DNA of 63,323 nt, filler included, from Octopus bimaculoides (Eukaryota), in assembly GCF_001194135.2 (NCBI RefSeq). It is 7 parts of 7 records of this genome, joined end to end, with 100 filler letters (N's around TTAATTAATTAA, not from the genome) between each part and the next. Parts side by side here need not be neighbours in the genome. Positions count along the whole stretch, not along the records: positions 1 to 26,803 come from NC_069003.1; 6 more parts are not named here. One strand, given 5' to 3'. The translations under genes and the position numbers were made by a program. Below the pieces are notes generated by a model. It was given only the letters and a program-made list of their open reading frames with translations. It did no database searches and was not told the origin of the DNA. This document shows positions 1-12,740 of the stretch, in pieces; position 1 is the first letter of the stretch, and every line of letters starts with the position of its first letter.

Positions 1-365
1 ATAGAACAGTAAGTTAGCACTCAGTAGATAGACCTAAGAGAATATAGAGTAATGTAGGTTACAATGAAAAAGTAACCTTCGAGATATTGACAATCAAAAA
101 ACAGATTATTTTCCTCAATATATTTTTCGAAAGACACAATTCATCAAATAAAATATATAATGTATAAATACAAAAAAAATATATATAAAAATATAAAATA
201 TATATATCCGTATGAGATCGCCTGAAATTGTAAATCTGTTCTAAAGTATAAAAAAGTTGAAGGTTAAATGTACATGTTCAATGCATTGCAAAATCGAAAA
301 TATTAAAAGATGTATGGGTAGCTCAAAAAAGCGAATCCTTAAGCCTAGAGATCAAATTCATACAT

Positions 366-452
366 ATCCTACGGCCGTTTCGAGAAAGGCATTTCAGAAT
401 GGATGAACTATTTGTACCCATCTTGAGTATATACTTTTCCTTCATCGGGGAT
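366..452 (-). ncRNA. Type I hammerhead ribozyme motif (U4C core variant)
   Basis: Minus: AUCC-CCGAUGA-[long stem II, AGGAAAAG...GCCUUUCUC]-GAAAC-GGCC-GUA-GGAU; stem I AUCC/GGAU; stem III is the palindrome ACGGCCGU. Confidence 0.7.
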
Positions 453-1230
453 TATTTGAAAAGTTAAAAAAATTATTTAAGAGATTTTAAAAGGTATCCT
501 ATGTTGCGATAAAAATTTGTTCAGATAACTAAAATAAATTCTAAAATGAGGGTTAAATATACTACAAATCTTACAGAAAAATGATGCATTTACGGCTATT
601 CTAAAGCATATTAAGAATGAACAGTCGGAATTTAGGTTTCAATTATTAACATTGGTTGGCTATACTTTAATGAGAAAATATTTCAAAGTTGAAAAATACA
701 TGTTTACAAAATATTAAAGCATCCGAAATCTTATTTGATAATATTTTTCTACTCGTACGAATTATATTAATGGATTCTTTAGTGCATAATCTACACATTC
801 TAGTGTCTGTGTTATATGGGGTAATTAATGACCAATCTAGTTTAAATTGTTTATTTTGCGCTTTTAAATTATGTATGTGTTTGGCTAGTGTTGTCGAACT
901 TTTCGTGCTCGGGTGTGTAAATGAATTTTTATGTCCCCTATATCTAGTTTTAAAGTCTATTGCGCTTCCTATGTAGATTTTCTTGGGTTCTTTTGAAGTA
1001 CTTACTCCACACCTGTAAACAACGTTTTTTTTTCAAACAGGACCCTTTTAACGGGCAAAATTCTGAGGGTCGGCAATTACAAGTTTTTTTTCTTATAGAA
1101 TTCAGATTACTACTCTCCTGAATACGTTCCACAGATTCCCTTTCCCGAGTATTCTTTTAAAATTTAAACCTATTATTAGCAGCAATGATGGAGCCTAAAT
1201 TAGGTGATGTTGAATAAGACAGTTTTAAAC

Positions 1231-1232
<2 letters not shown>
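366..1232 (-). mobile_element. 5'-truncated Penelope-like element: RT-EN linker, GIY-YIG endonuclease (frameshifted) and 3' region with HHR
   Basis: Minus strand reads LKLSYSTSPNLGSIIAANN...CNCRPSEFCPLKGSCL/NVVYRCGVSTSKEPKKIYIGSAIDFKTRYRGHKNSF...STTLAKHIH...CRLCTKE...NKISDALIFCKH; frameshift in an A9 run near 1025-1033; upstream end abuts (ATGT)n. Confidence 0.9.
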
Positions 1233-1261
<29 letters not shown>

Positions 1262-2316
1262 TGTATGTATGTATGTATATATACATATATATATAAAGAG
1301 AGAGGGAGAGTGAGGGAGAAGGGGCAAGAGGGCATGTGTATATAGAGTGAGGTATTCGTTACCTCTGTTTCATTGCTTTAGAGAGATAATTGGTATTAGG
1401 AGCTATGTGAGGTGTGGCTCACTTAGGGAATCACTACTTGGTGATGAGTGGAAGAACAAGCAGTATTTCTTTCGGTCACGTAAATATACTTTCATAATCT
1501 ACGAAATAAAGCGAAATCTCTTTGGACATTGTCAATAATGGAGTCTAGCAACGGTGTAATTCTAGTTTAAACATATTTATTATAAACGAGTCAAAGTGAC
1601 ATAAAATCAGTATATGAGTTCTTGGGAATTCTTCGAATGGTAATTTCATTGTTTACGGATTCATTATTTGGTATTGGCATTACTTGGGTCATTTATTGTT
1701 TTCAGTGCTCAACTAATAATCTTCGCCTGTTTGATCCATGTTCTCTGTCAGATCTGTACATTAATAATTGTTTCTGAATTAGACAATTAAACATGTACAC
1801 ATCTATATAAGTATATATATNNNNNNNNNNNNNNNNNNNNNNNNNNNNNNNNNNNNNNNNNNNNNNNNNNNNNNNNNNNNNNNNNNNNNNNNNNNNNNNN
1901 NNNNNNNNNNNNNNNNNNNNNNNNNNNNNNNNNNNNNNNNNNNNNNNNNNNNNNNNNNNNNNNNNNNNNNNNNNNNNNNNNNNNNNNNNNNNNNNNNNNN
2001 NNNNNNNNNNNNNNNNNNNNNNNNNNNNNNNNNNNNNNNNNNNNNNNNNNNNNNNNNNNNNNNNNNNNNNNNNNNNNNNNNNNNNNNNNNNNNNNNNNNN
2101 NNNNNNNNNNNNNNNNNNNNNNNNNNNNNNNNNNNNNNNNNNNNNNNNNNNNNNNNNNNNNNNNNNNNNNNNNNNNNNNNNNNNNNNNNNNNNNNNNNNN
2201 NNNNNNNNNNNNNNNNNNNNNNNNNNNNNNNNNNNNNNNNNNNNNNNNNNNNNNNNNNNNNNNNNNNNNNNACTCACTTAATACAATTATGTACATATAT
2301 ATATATAATTATTGAC

Positions 2317-2360
<44 letters not shown>

Positions 2361-2498
2361 TATAATGTATGCATGTTTTATATGTATGTGCGTATTTATG
2401 TGTTTATGTGAGTATATATGTTAGTATGTACGTATGTACGTACGGTTGTATGTACATATGAATGCATGCATGTATGTATCTATCTATATATGTATATA

Positions 2499-2567
<69 letters not shown>

Positions 2568-3519
2568 GTATGTATGTATATATGTATATAATGATAAATG
2601 TATTTGACCATGTGGATGTTGAGTATACATGCATGTGTGTGTATGTATATGTGTGTGCATGTATGTGTGTGTGTGTGTCACTGAGTTTATGTCTGTAGAT
2701 GTGTGTCTGTGTATCCTCTGTATGTGTATAGGAGCACATAATTGCCATTTTCATTTTCTCTTCGTTTTCGCGCTACTGTTTCAAAATAACGAATTCACAT
2801 TCGACTGATTATATTCTATCGATTCCGACGTTTCTTTGACTAAGTAAGTTTCGATTTCCTGAAGAGCAGGGAACCGAAAACGGATTGGTGAAAGGAAAAT
2901 GCGTTTGGCTTAGGAATAAAGATGGCGACCGACTGAGTTTGTTGCATTTATATATAGATTTATCATATTACTTAGCGTTATATCTAAGTGAAAATGATTG
3001 GATGACAGTAAAATATGATTATGTGAAATTAATGTAGGGTAGAATCTTAGAGTAGTTTGGCGAAGGTCGGTGTCAGACAAAATTATTCCAAGAGAATAAT
3101 TTCTGAGAAGAGTTCAAATAAGTTCAATATTTATGAGTAGTGTGGAATCTGGCGTTTCTGTTTCACATTCTTCCTCAGGAACACAAAGAAAATATTGTAA
3201 TTCTCGTTGCGAGCTGAAATGGTTTTTGTATGAAAGAAATTGAAAGGAAAAGAATGGATTGAGTAGAGGGGAAGAAATTTGTAAGATCGTAAAAGAGACA
3301 CAAAGATAATAAGGAAAAATATATGTAACACTCTCATAAATAGCTGTATGTCGAATTTGTGATGATATTCGGTCGACAACTGATGTGAGTTTGAGCTTGT
3401 GTGCGTAATCTGTGGTTTGTTTTTTCATTTTACGCGTAAATTACTATATCCTTCCCTTCCGTCGCCTGTTTCATTATAAATACACAAATAAATCATATAT
3501 ATATATATACAAACATACA

Positions 3520-3585
<66 letters not shown>

Positions 3586-4005
3586 GGAAGGTTTTCGAAG
3601 GACCGGAGAGATTATGTCCGGGTGGAGAATTACACCAGATATAGTACTATACAAAATACCGAAAGGATCTTCACCTCTCACATCACACATTTCTTCCTAC
3701 TTCAACGTCGAGATGGTATAATTTCCTGGGAGAGAGATAATTTTGCGGCTGAGGATAGCTTTACATTGTAGATTATACACATATTATATTATGTTATATT
3801 ATATTATATTATATTATACACATGTAGAGCTTGAAACACGTGTACCGCGGAATCCTTTGTAGTTTTGTTGTTATTTTTTTGTTTGGGATTTACAATTTAT
3901 TCTTTCACCGCAACCACTAGCTGGAATACACAGGTGCTTACAATTGTCAAGTATTACCTCTAAATTTCAATTTATCTATCTATAGTTAGATAGATAGATA
4001 GATAA

Positions 4006-4089
<84 letters not shown>

Positions 4090-4114
4090 ATAGAGAAGTA
4101 GACAGGTAGATAAC

Positions 4115-5045
4115 ATATATGGGAAATTTATGACAATTTTAGAAAAAACTTCTCTGCTTCCCATAGATATAACAGAATTTTTTTTCCCGTAAGACAGTTA
4201 GAATCTCATATTCTACTCTCCCCAATATGGGTACCATCATAGCAAGGTTAAATAGAAAGAATATTAAATTAGCAAGAGGTGGTAATAATAATAATATTAC
4301 TGTCAACACTAACTTGAACCCCTACAATGTGAATAATAATATTAATGGTGACGTAGGAAATAGAAACAGCAGTACTAATGCTTCTAATATATACAATATA
4401 GACTGTAACTCTGAGGTATATACTAGCGCAGGGATTACTGATACGCTTGATGATGCTGAATGAATGTAAATGATACTACAGTTGAAGGATTGAGAGATAA
4501 TAATAGATATGAAAATAATACACACAATAGTAGTTGGAGGATTAATATTAATAGTGATATTAATAATAATAATGATATGAATATCAATAATATTAATAGT
4601 AGCAACTCTCCTAGTTGCAACTGTAGAGTTAAATCCCACTGTCCGTTATTCGGCCGATATCTAATCCAAAACGTAATATATAAGTGTACAATCACAACTG
4701 TAGCTGGTAACTTTATATATATAGGATGTTCTATAAATATGAAAAAAAAAACGTATTAATAACCATTTTTCATCTTTTAGGCTCAAACATAAGGCCAATT
4801 GTACGTCTTTATCTAGCAAGATTTGGGAACTTAAGGAAAGCGGAATCGAATTTAGCCTTAAAGGAGATATTATAAGGAAAGCGCAGCCTTATAGAGATAG
4901 TCGATTCGGGTACGAGCTGTGCTCTATGGAAACTTATGAGATTTTTTAGTATAAGGACAAGGGCAACCTGATTAATAATAGATTAGACCTAAGGATATCA
5001 TGCATACATAGAGTCACCTGTACAGTTAAATATTTTCGAAATTAG
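4115..5045 (+). mobile_element. 5'-truncated Penelope-like element: linker, Asn-rich insert, GIY-YIG endonuclease (degenerate)
   Basis: KTVRISYSTLPNMGTIIARLNRK...(N-rich)...CNCRVKSHCPLFGRYLIQNVIYKCTITTVAGNFIYIGCSINMKK/RINNHFSSFRLKHKANCTSLSSKIWELK...ELCSME...LINNRLDLRISCIH; several frameshifts and a stop; 5' end abuts (GATA)n. Confidence 0.9.
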
Positions 5046-6495
5046 CGTTTAAAGGTGTTATACTTGCACCTAGATAGGGGAAATTAATTTTCAGAGTCGT
5101 ATCTGATGTGAACTTACCCCCTAATATTATATATAATAAAATCATGAGATATTGAGTTATATGATGGATTAAAGTGCATTGAATATATTATAAGCTATAT
5201 GGTTTAGTATATGATATGCTACATGTAGTTACTATCCTATGAATAATCCTGCCTAGTCATCATGTTTTTAGTGATTAAACTATTTATTCCTTTCTATGAT
5301 GTTCTACCCCACTAATCATATTATGTATTTTGTAATGGCTTTTATGTAAGTAAGCCTCCTAATTGTATACCCTTGTGAAACTATAAAATCATGTATGTAA
5401 TAACAAAGGTAACTTTATAACTTATAAAATACCCCTTCGGTCTGAATACCTCCCCCTGCCCTCACTACTACCATACCTATTGCTTCTTCTGTGGGATTAT
5501 CTTTATCTCTCCCCTATCTCAAATTTTAATATTCTGTCTCTTTAAAATGTAAGTTACATATATTTTCTTACTAATTTCTATAATTATTATTTTGTTTTCT
5601 TATTTTGATGCCTTTACCTATTAAATAGAGTTATAAACTTTCTAGTTACTTAAGTCTATGGGAGTTGATTATAACATACCCATAATAAAGTACTAATATT
5701 TGTGTATATTTGCCGGTGAGCATATAGTTAAATGTGTGTACGTATCTGTGCACAGCTCTTTTTTCTTCTCTGATTCTTAGCTTATAATTAATATATAGAT
5801 AGCATGTTTTATCGCCCCAGAATTCCATAAGTAAATACTCAGAGCAGTCTTTATAGAAACCACCTAATAAGTAAATAATTAAGTACTTGAATGAATATTA
5901 AACTAATTCTATGTAATCTTCCCTTTCTAATGTTGAAAATTAGTATATATACACATTTTATCTATTCTGGTTATAATATCATTTTTAATAATCTTAAATT
6001 TTATCTTTATACAACATAACAATATTGTTTATATACAATCACTCGTAGTAAACGATGATAATTTCCTCTGTATTAACATCATAGGTTTTATTAGCATCTT
6101 GCCCCTTTAACTGGTAATTAACATCTTGATTTGGGGTCTTCCTCTACCCAGCTTCCTTTATAGACAATTACTTTATACAAAACCTAAAATCCTGACAATA
6201 TTTATGACCATACCCAGCCATGTGCTGTCAACCCACTCACGCCCTCCTTTTTACACAGACACAGACTTCTAGTCTTAGATTTGGTAGTTGATAATAAGAC
6301 TGATAAATTAAAAATGAACTAGAATCCTTTACGAGCTATGGCCCCTACAAACTTCATATATTTCTTATAAGTGTAGTATATTCTTAGCTGCATTAGTGAC
6401 AACATGGACTCTTTCCCTACTCTTGCTCTATTAGAGCATTTGAATAAAATTATATTTATGTGTCCAACTGATTAAAAAATTTTATTTGTTTATTT

Positions 6496-6583
6496 ATGCA
6501 GCTGATGATGGCCCAGCATTTAAATTGATGTAATGATTGCATTGTTCAATGAAATGGAGTCACTTGAAACTGTCGTACTGCAT
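6496..6583 (+). ncRNA. Type I hammerhead ribozyme motif
   Basis: AUGCAG-CUGAUGA-[57 nt stem II region]-GAAAC-UGUC-GUA-CUGCAU; 6-bp stem I, canonical core, GUA cleavage triplet; base of stem II is imperfect. Confidence 0.7.
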
Positions 6584-7485
6584 CACCTCTTGATATCCTG
6601 CTGCTTAATTTGATTATATATATANNNNNNNNNNNNNNNNNNNNNNNNNNNNNNNNNNNNNNNNNNNNNNNNNNNNNNNNNNNNNNNNNNNNNNNNNNNN
6701 NNNNNNNNNNNNNNNNNNNNNNNNNNNNNNNNNNNNNNNNNNNNNNNNNNNNNNNNNNNNNNNNNNNNNNNNNNNNNNNNNNNNNNNNNNNNNNNNNNNN
6801 NNNNNNNNNNNNNNNNNNNNNNNNNNNNNNNNNNNNNNNNNNNNNNNNNNNNNNNNNNNNNNNNNNNNNNNNNNNNNNNNNNNNNNNNNNNNNNNNNNNN
6901 NNNNNNNNNNNNNNNNNNNNNNNNNNNNNNNNNNNNNNNNNNNNNNNNNNNNNNNNNNNNNNNNNNNNNNNNNNNNNNNNNNNNNNNNNNNNNNNNNNNN
7001 NNNNNNNNNNNNNNNNNNNNNNNNNNNNNNNNNNNNNNNNNNNNNNNNNNNNNNNNNNNNNNNNNNNNNNNNNNNNNNNNNNNNNNNNNNNNNNNNNNNN
7101 NNNNNNNNNNNNNNNNNNNNNNNNNNNNNNNNNNNNNNNNNNNNNNNNNNNNNNNNNNNNNNNNNNNNNNNNNNNNNNNNNNNNNNNNNNNNNNNNNNNN
7201 NNNNNNNNNNNNNNNNNNNNNNNNNNNNNNNNNNNNNNNNNNNNNNNNNNNNNNNNNNNNNNNNNNNNNNNNNNNNNNNNNNNNNNNNNNNNNNNNNNNN
7301 NNNNNNNNNNNNNNNNNNNNNNNNNNNNNNNNNNNNNNNNNNNNNNNNNNNNNNNNNNNNNNNNNNNNNNNNNNNNNNNNNNNNNNNNNNNNNNNNNNNN
7401 NNNNNNNNNNNNNNNNNNNNNNNNNNNNNNNNNNNNNNNNNNNNNNNNNNNNNNNNNNNNNNNNNNNNNNNNNNNNNNNNNNNNN

Positions 7486-7537
<52 letters not shown>

Positions 7538-7538
7538 T

Positions 7539-7614
7539 GGAGGCGCAATGGCCCAGTGGTTAGGGCAGCAGACTCGCGATCGTAGGATGGCATTTCGATT
7601 CCCAGACGGGCGTT
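7539..7614 (+). mobile_element. tRNA-derived SINE head (family C), truncated
   Basis: GGAGGCGCAATGGCCCAGTGGTTAGGGCAGC...TTCGATTCCC with A- and B-box-like motifs but no intact cloverleaf. Confidence 0.75.
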
Positions 7615-8076
7615 ATATCACCTTACCAGTTCTTTATCTAAATCTAAATCTCAGAAGGATTGAGTGTTAAATGGAATGGTAAATGGATCACAACTGGTTT
7701 GGACTTTGAATTAAAAAAAGAAAGAATGTACTACAGCATATTGTATTTGAAGTCGAAGAATAATAGTGATATAAATAGAACAAAATAAAAATAAGAACGT
7801 GAAGAATGGTAGACAGAAAATAAAGAAAGGAAGGAAGGAAGGCAGGAATGGTGGAAGGGACGAAGGAAGGAAGGGAAGGAGGAAGGAAGGGAAGGAGGAA
7901 GGAAGGGAAGGAGGAAGGAAGGAAGGATGAAAGAATATTTATAAGGGAAAGATAAAGCAAGACTGTTTAGAAAACAAAGAGATTTGAGGTGATGAAAGAA
8001 GGAGTAGAAAGATAAGAAGCTAGAGATATATATTGTTAGATAAAGGAATACTGTTAGAGAGAGAAAGAGGGAGAGA

Positions 8077-8125
<49 letters not shown>

Positions 8126-8135
8126 NNNNNNNNNN

Positions 8136-8173
<38 letters not shown>

Positions 8174-8638
8174 GAGACAGACAGACAGACAGAAAGAGAA
8201 TATGAACTACACATTTGAAACTGTTTGATAAAGAACCTTTATAGAGAATAGACATACAAACACTACAAGATGAGGTTCTATAGTCAGTTTTGACTGCTAT
8301 TTCTGGCATGGTGGTGTCTCTTTGGTACCCTTAGTTATAATTATATTTATGTTATTATATACCTATAATGATTATTACTTATACGGAATTTTCCATGCAG
8401 GCCACTTGATATGATCGTTATTATAAATAATGGTCTTATCCTTTTTATATAAAAAAATATATATTGGCTGATAGACAGGTAGGTAGATAGCTACAGAGAG
8501 AGACAGAGAGACAGAGAGAGAGACAGAGACAGAGAGAGAGAGAGAGAGAGACAGAGAGACAGAGAGAGAGAGACAGAGAGAGAGAGATAGAGACAGATAA
8601 ACAGACAGGCAGATAGATAAACAGACAGACAAACATAC

Positions 8639-8684
<46 letters not shown>

Positions 8685-9350
8685 GGAGAGGTATAGAAGG
8701 AAAGAAAAAAGAAGGCATTTACAAATAAAGAAAGAATAAAGAGATATATGACAGGATAGATNNNNNNNNNNNNNNNNNNNNNNNNNNNNNNNNNNNNNNN
8801 NNNNNNNNNNNNNNNNNNNNNNNNNNNNNNNNNNNNNNNNNNNNNNNNNNNNNNNNNNNNNNNNNNNNNNNNNNNNNNNNNNNNNNNNNNNNNNNNNNNN
8901 NNNNNNNNNNNNNNNNNNNNNNNNNNNNNNNNNNNNNNNNNNNNNNNNNNNNNNNNNNNNNNNNNNNNNNNNNNNNNNNNNNNNNNNNNNNNNNNNNNNN
9001 NNNNNNNNNNNNNNNNNNNNNNNNNNNNNNNNNNNNNNNNNNNNNNNNNNNNNNNNNNNNNNNNNNNNNNNNNNNNNNNNNNNNNNNNNNNNNNNNNNNN
9101 NNNNNNNNNNNNNNNNNNNNNNNNNNNNNNNNNNNNNNNNNNNNNNNNNNNNNNNNNNNNNNNNNNNNNNNNNNNNNNNNNNNNNNNNNNNNNNNNNNNN
9201 NNNNNNNNNNNNNNNNNNNNNNNNNNNNNNNNNNNNNNNNNNGCAATGATAGGCAGGAACCGGACATGAATATAATTCACTGAAACAAAATGCATTGGTT
9301 TCTGTTTCTCTATTTCTGTCTTTTTTTAATTATTTCTCTCTCTCTCCCTC

Positions 9351-9395
<45 letters not shown>

Positions 9396-10503
9396 CTTCT
9401 CCCTAAACAATGTCGTCTGTCTCACACAGTTCGTCTCGTTAGGTTCAATAGCGAAAACAAGGACTTCGCTTGTTTGTTTTTCCATTCTGTTCTCCTTGAC
9501 GTGAAGTAGTTTCGTGTAGGTTCCCAGAGAATTCCATAGATTTCGTTTCACAGAATTTCCTTAGAGACAAGATAGATCGCGGTCGACTGCTTTTGTAGTG
9601 ACAGTGGTCGCTGGTGATGTCGGCGGCGGCGATAGTAGTGGAGGCGGCGGTGGAGGTGGTGGTGATTGCGATTCTCAGTATTGAACGCTGGATAAATTAA
9701 ACAATACCATAAGTGAGATTAAGACATTGAAAAGAGCTTTTATGTGTTGAATGGCTTCTCTCTTTCACTTTCTTTTTCCCACCCTCTCTTCCCTGTCTCT
9801 CTCTCTCTTTCTCTCTGCTTTATTCGCTCTCTTTTTCTCTCCCTCATTCTCTCTGCTCTACTTTTTCTCTCTTCCACTATATACCTATTTATGCATGCAT
9901 ATCTATGCACACATACATCTACGTATATATATATATATGCAAACATTATATATGTTTGTGCTTATGTGTGTACGTGTACGTCTCCCTCTAAATGTATGTA
10001 TGTATATGCATGTATATATATATATATGTATGTATATGCGTGTATATATATAATGTATGTTATGTATATACATACATATATACACATACATTTAAGTATA
10101 TACATACGTATATACCTAAATTACATACCTACACACATACTTAGATACAAGCATACATGCATATATACATACTACAAGCATAAACACATATATTCATATC
10201 AACATATACGCATACATACATACATACATACATACATACATACATACATACATACATACATAAGACTATGTACACGGTTTCAGGCAATGTTTGCAGGTAG
10301 GAAGTTTCAATGGGCGATAAGGAGGAAGATGTTCTAGTGAAGTACAATCCAAGATGGCGATTGTGTTACATATCATCTGCAATGAGTTCGTAAATGAATG
10401 GAGTCCACTTCTCAACACAAAAAGATAATGAGGCTATACTGCAGTAGCTGTAGTATGGTACACTACGTGTTTTAAATATACACATACGTAAGCACACACG
10501 TAC

Positions 10504-10540
<37 letters not shown>

Positions 10541-10798
10541 NNNNNNNNNNAGCACTCAACACATTTGGTAGGAATTACGTATAGTTTTAATAACAATTGG
10601 ACATAGCTTCATATGTTTCGTGGGTGCGTAGGAAACATCCATCCGAACAGAAATGTTTCTGGAAATCATCTCTGGAAATCATCTTAAAACTCCAAATTTG
10701 CTCCTAGGACCTGATAAAATCGACCTGTTATACACGCCCAAGAAGCTTTAAGTTTCGTAGCCCCGAATAAAAACTGTTATCAATATACATACATGCAA

Positions 10799-10970
10799 AG
10801 GCGGTGAGTTAGCAGAATCATTAGCACGCCGGGCAAAACATGTACTTAGCGTCATTTCGTCCGCCCTTACGTCCTGAGTTCAATTTCCATCAACTTTGCC
10901 TTTTATCCTTTCAGAGTCGATAAAATATGTACCAGTCGAGCATTTGGGTTGATGTAATCGATTGAACTCC
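10799..10970 (+). mobile_element. tRNA-derived SINE family A (central domain resembles Meta/Sauria type)
   Basis: GGCGGTGAGTTAGCAGAATC...CTGAGTTCAA...CTTTGCCTTTTATCCTTTC...GTCGATAAAAT..GTACCAG; repeated many times in the window. Confidence 0.8.
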
Positions 10971-10972
10971 AC

Positions 10973-11110
<138 letters not shown>

Positions 11111-11314
11111 ATATATGAGAGTTTTTGGTATCTAGAAGAGCCCCCAGGTAAGGCTATGTAAGTGCTACAGAAAGACCGTAGTTAGACTCCCGGTTCGATA
11201 ATAGTATGAGTGAGGAGTCTAATGCGGGTCATGTGTGAGCATGTATATGTTAAATGAAATGAGACAAAGCCAAGGCAGTGTGAAATTTCTAGGACATTTA
11301 TAAAAAGAAAGGTA

Positions 11315-11362
11315 GTCTTACAGCTGTTTCAAGGATATGAGGGATATCCCTTCATCAAAGAC
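11315..11362 (-). ncRNA. Compact type I hammerhead ribozyme motif (C3U variant)
   Basis: Minus: GUCU-UUGAUGA-AGGGAUAU(CCCUC)AUAUCCUU-GAAAC-AGCU-GUA-AGAC; 8-bp stem II, palindromic stem III ACAGCUGU, 4-bp stem I. Confidence 0.75.
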
Positions 11363-11580
11363 AATACGAGAGAGTTAAATATAAAGAAATAGTAGAGTTC
11401 AATAAAAAAGTTATTTTGGAAAGGGAGAGATATAGGAAGTATAAAGGGAAAAAAGAAAATAGAAATAAAAAATATAGGTTGGATGTTACAGTTGCAGTTT
11501 CATTATTCAAGGAAAATGCTGTGTAGAATGGGTAGAAAAGCTTCTTGTTCATAGTATGTAAATTTCGATGGGAGTTCATA
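11315..11580 (-). mobile_element. Probable PLE 3'-end remnant carrying the HHR
   Basis: Degenerate ...NKKLFYPFYTAFSLNNE resembles the EQxLIFxLxTxxPxGLN end of PLE GIY-YIG domains; followed by a pyrimidine-rich UTR and an HHR. Confidence 0.45.
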
Positions 11581-12059
11581 TTTTGTTATATGAATAATAT
11601 CTCATTTTATTTAACACATACAAACACACGCGCACGCACGCACACACACACACACACACGCCCCAATAATAATTGGTCTTGTTGTCAGTCTGGTTAAGCT
11701 TGGATTTTCAGGAAAAGAAATCAATCAACTAACTCACACATTACAAATACAATCTGTAAGTGGAACAGTAAAAACATGCAAGACTTTTCTCAAGTTTAAA
11801 ATATAACATTGCTTTCGTTATCTACATTCCAACGATGGAGCTTTGTATCTTTGTTGGAAACCGGTTCCTTCCTCAGCAGAAACCATTTAAATAACTAAAT
11901 AGAAGATAATTTACACACACACACACACACACGTATTATTTCTACATCTTCACCATCATCATCATCATGATTGTCGTCGTCATCATCATCATCAGCACCA
12001 TCATGACTACCACTACCATCATTATCCTCATCATCATTATCATCAACAACACCAACAAC

Positions 12060-12170
12060 TTAGCTTACCAGATCCAAAATATGACCACTCAGCTGACTGA
12101 TTCCACCAAATAAAAGTAAAGAAACAAACGTGTCCGATCGGAATTTGAACTCAGAACTGTATGGTTTCAC
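12060..12170 (-). mobile_element. Diverged SINE family A fragment
   Basis: GGAATTTGAACTCAGAAC and flanks match the reverse complement of the family A core. Confidence 0.5.
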
Positions 12171-12591
12171 GTCTAAATATAGACCATAGATTTAATCGAG
12201 CCTTCACTCATTAATGTCTAAAGCAGCTATTTTACTGATGATTATAAATTTAATATCTGCTCTTAATTAACTGATAAACGAACGAAATTGGGTTAATTAA
12301 AACAAAACACACATGCAAAAATAAATCATCTTTTAATGAAATCATCTCGTTTTGATGATTTGGAAATGATTACACACCACCCCAACTTGTGTGTTAGGAG
12401 TAGAAAAGAAAAAAGAAGAAGAAACAAACAGGAAAAGATAGAAAAAGAGGAAGAAGAAGAAGAGAAGCTACTGATACCGGAAGTTGATGAAGACGCTATT
12501 TCCTGTCTGAAATATCAAATCATGAACAAATTTTGGGTAGATAAATATCTTGTCAGAGTTTTTTTCTCTTTCTCTACTAGGTTCCTTTGAA

Positions 12592-12605
12592 ATAATAATA
12601 ATAAC

Positions 12606-12667
<62 letters not shown>

Positions 12668-12701
12668 CAACAACAACAACAACAACAACAGCAGCAGCAG
12701 C

Positions 12702-12734
<33 letters not shown>

Positions 12735-12740
12735 AATAAT
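12592..12740. repeat. Compound (AAT)n/(AAC)n/(AGC)n microsatellite, representative of dozens of (TA)n, (CA)n, (GA)n, (GATA)n, (ATGT)n, (AAT)n and (GAT)n tracts across the window
   Basis: Directly visible; other examples at 3986-4090, 10973-11106, 14086-14160, 15599-15875, 16070-16175, 39165-39300, 51985-52290 and 61164-61222. Confidence 0.97.

Noticed and set aside
2845-2885. CTGAAGAG...CGAAAAC hammerhead-like string
   Set aside because: Stem II does not pair and no consistent stem I or III could be built.
7539-7614. tRNA-like sequences here and at 29097, 46075 and SINE A/B heads
   Set aside because: No complete cloverleaf, and they continue into repeat bodies, so they are SINE heads rather than tRNA genes.
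10308-10392. Short ORF MGDKEEDVLVKYNPRWRLCYISSAMSS as a possible first exon
   Set aside because: No PH-domain similarity and no convincing donor.
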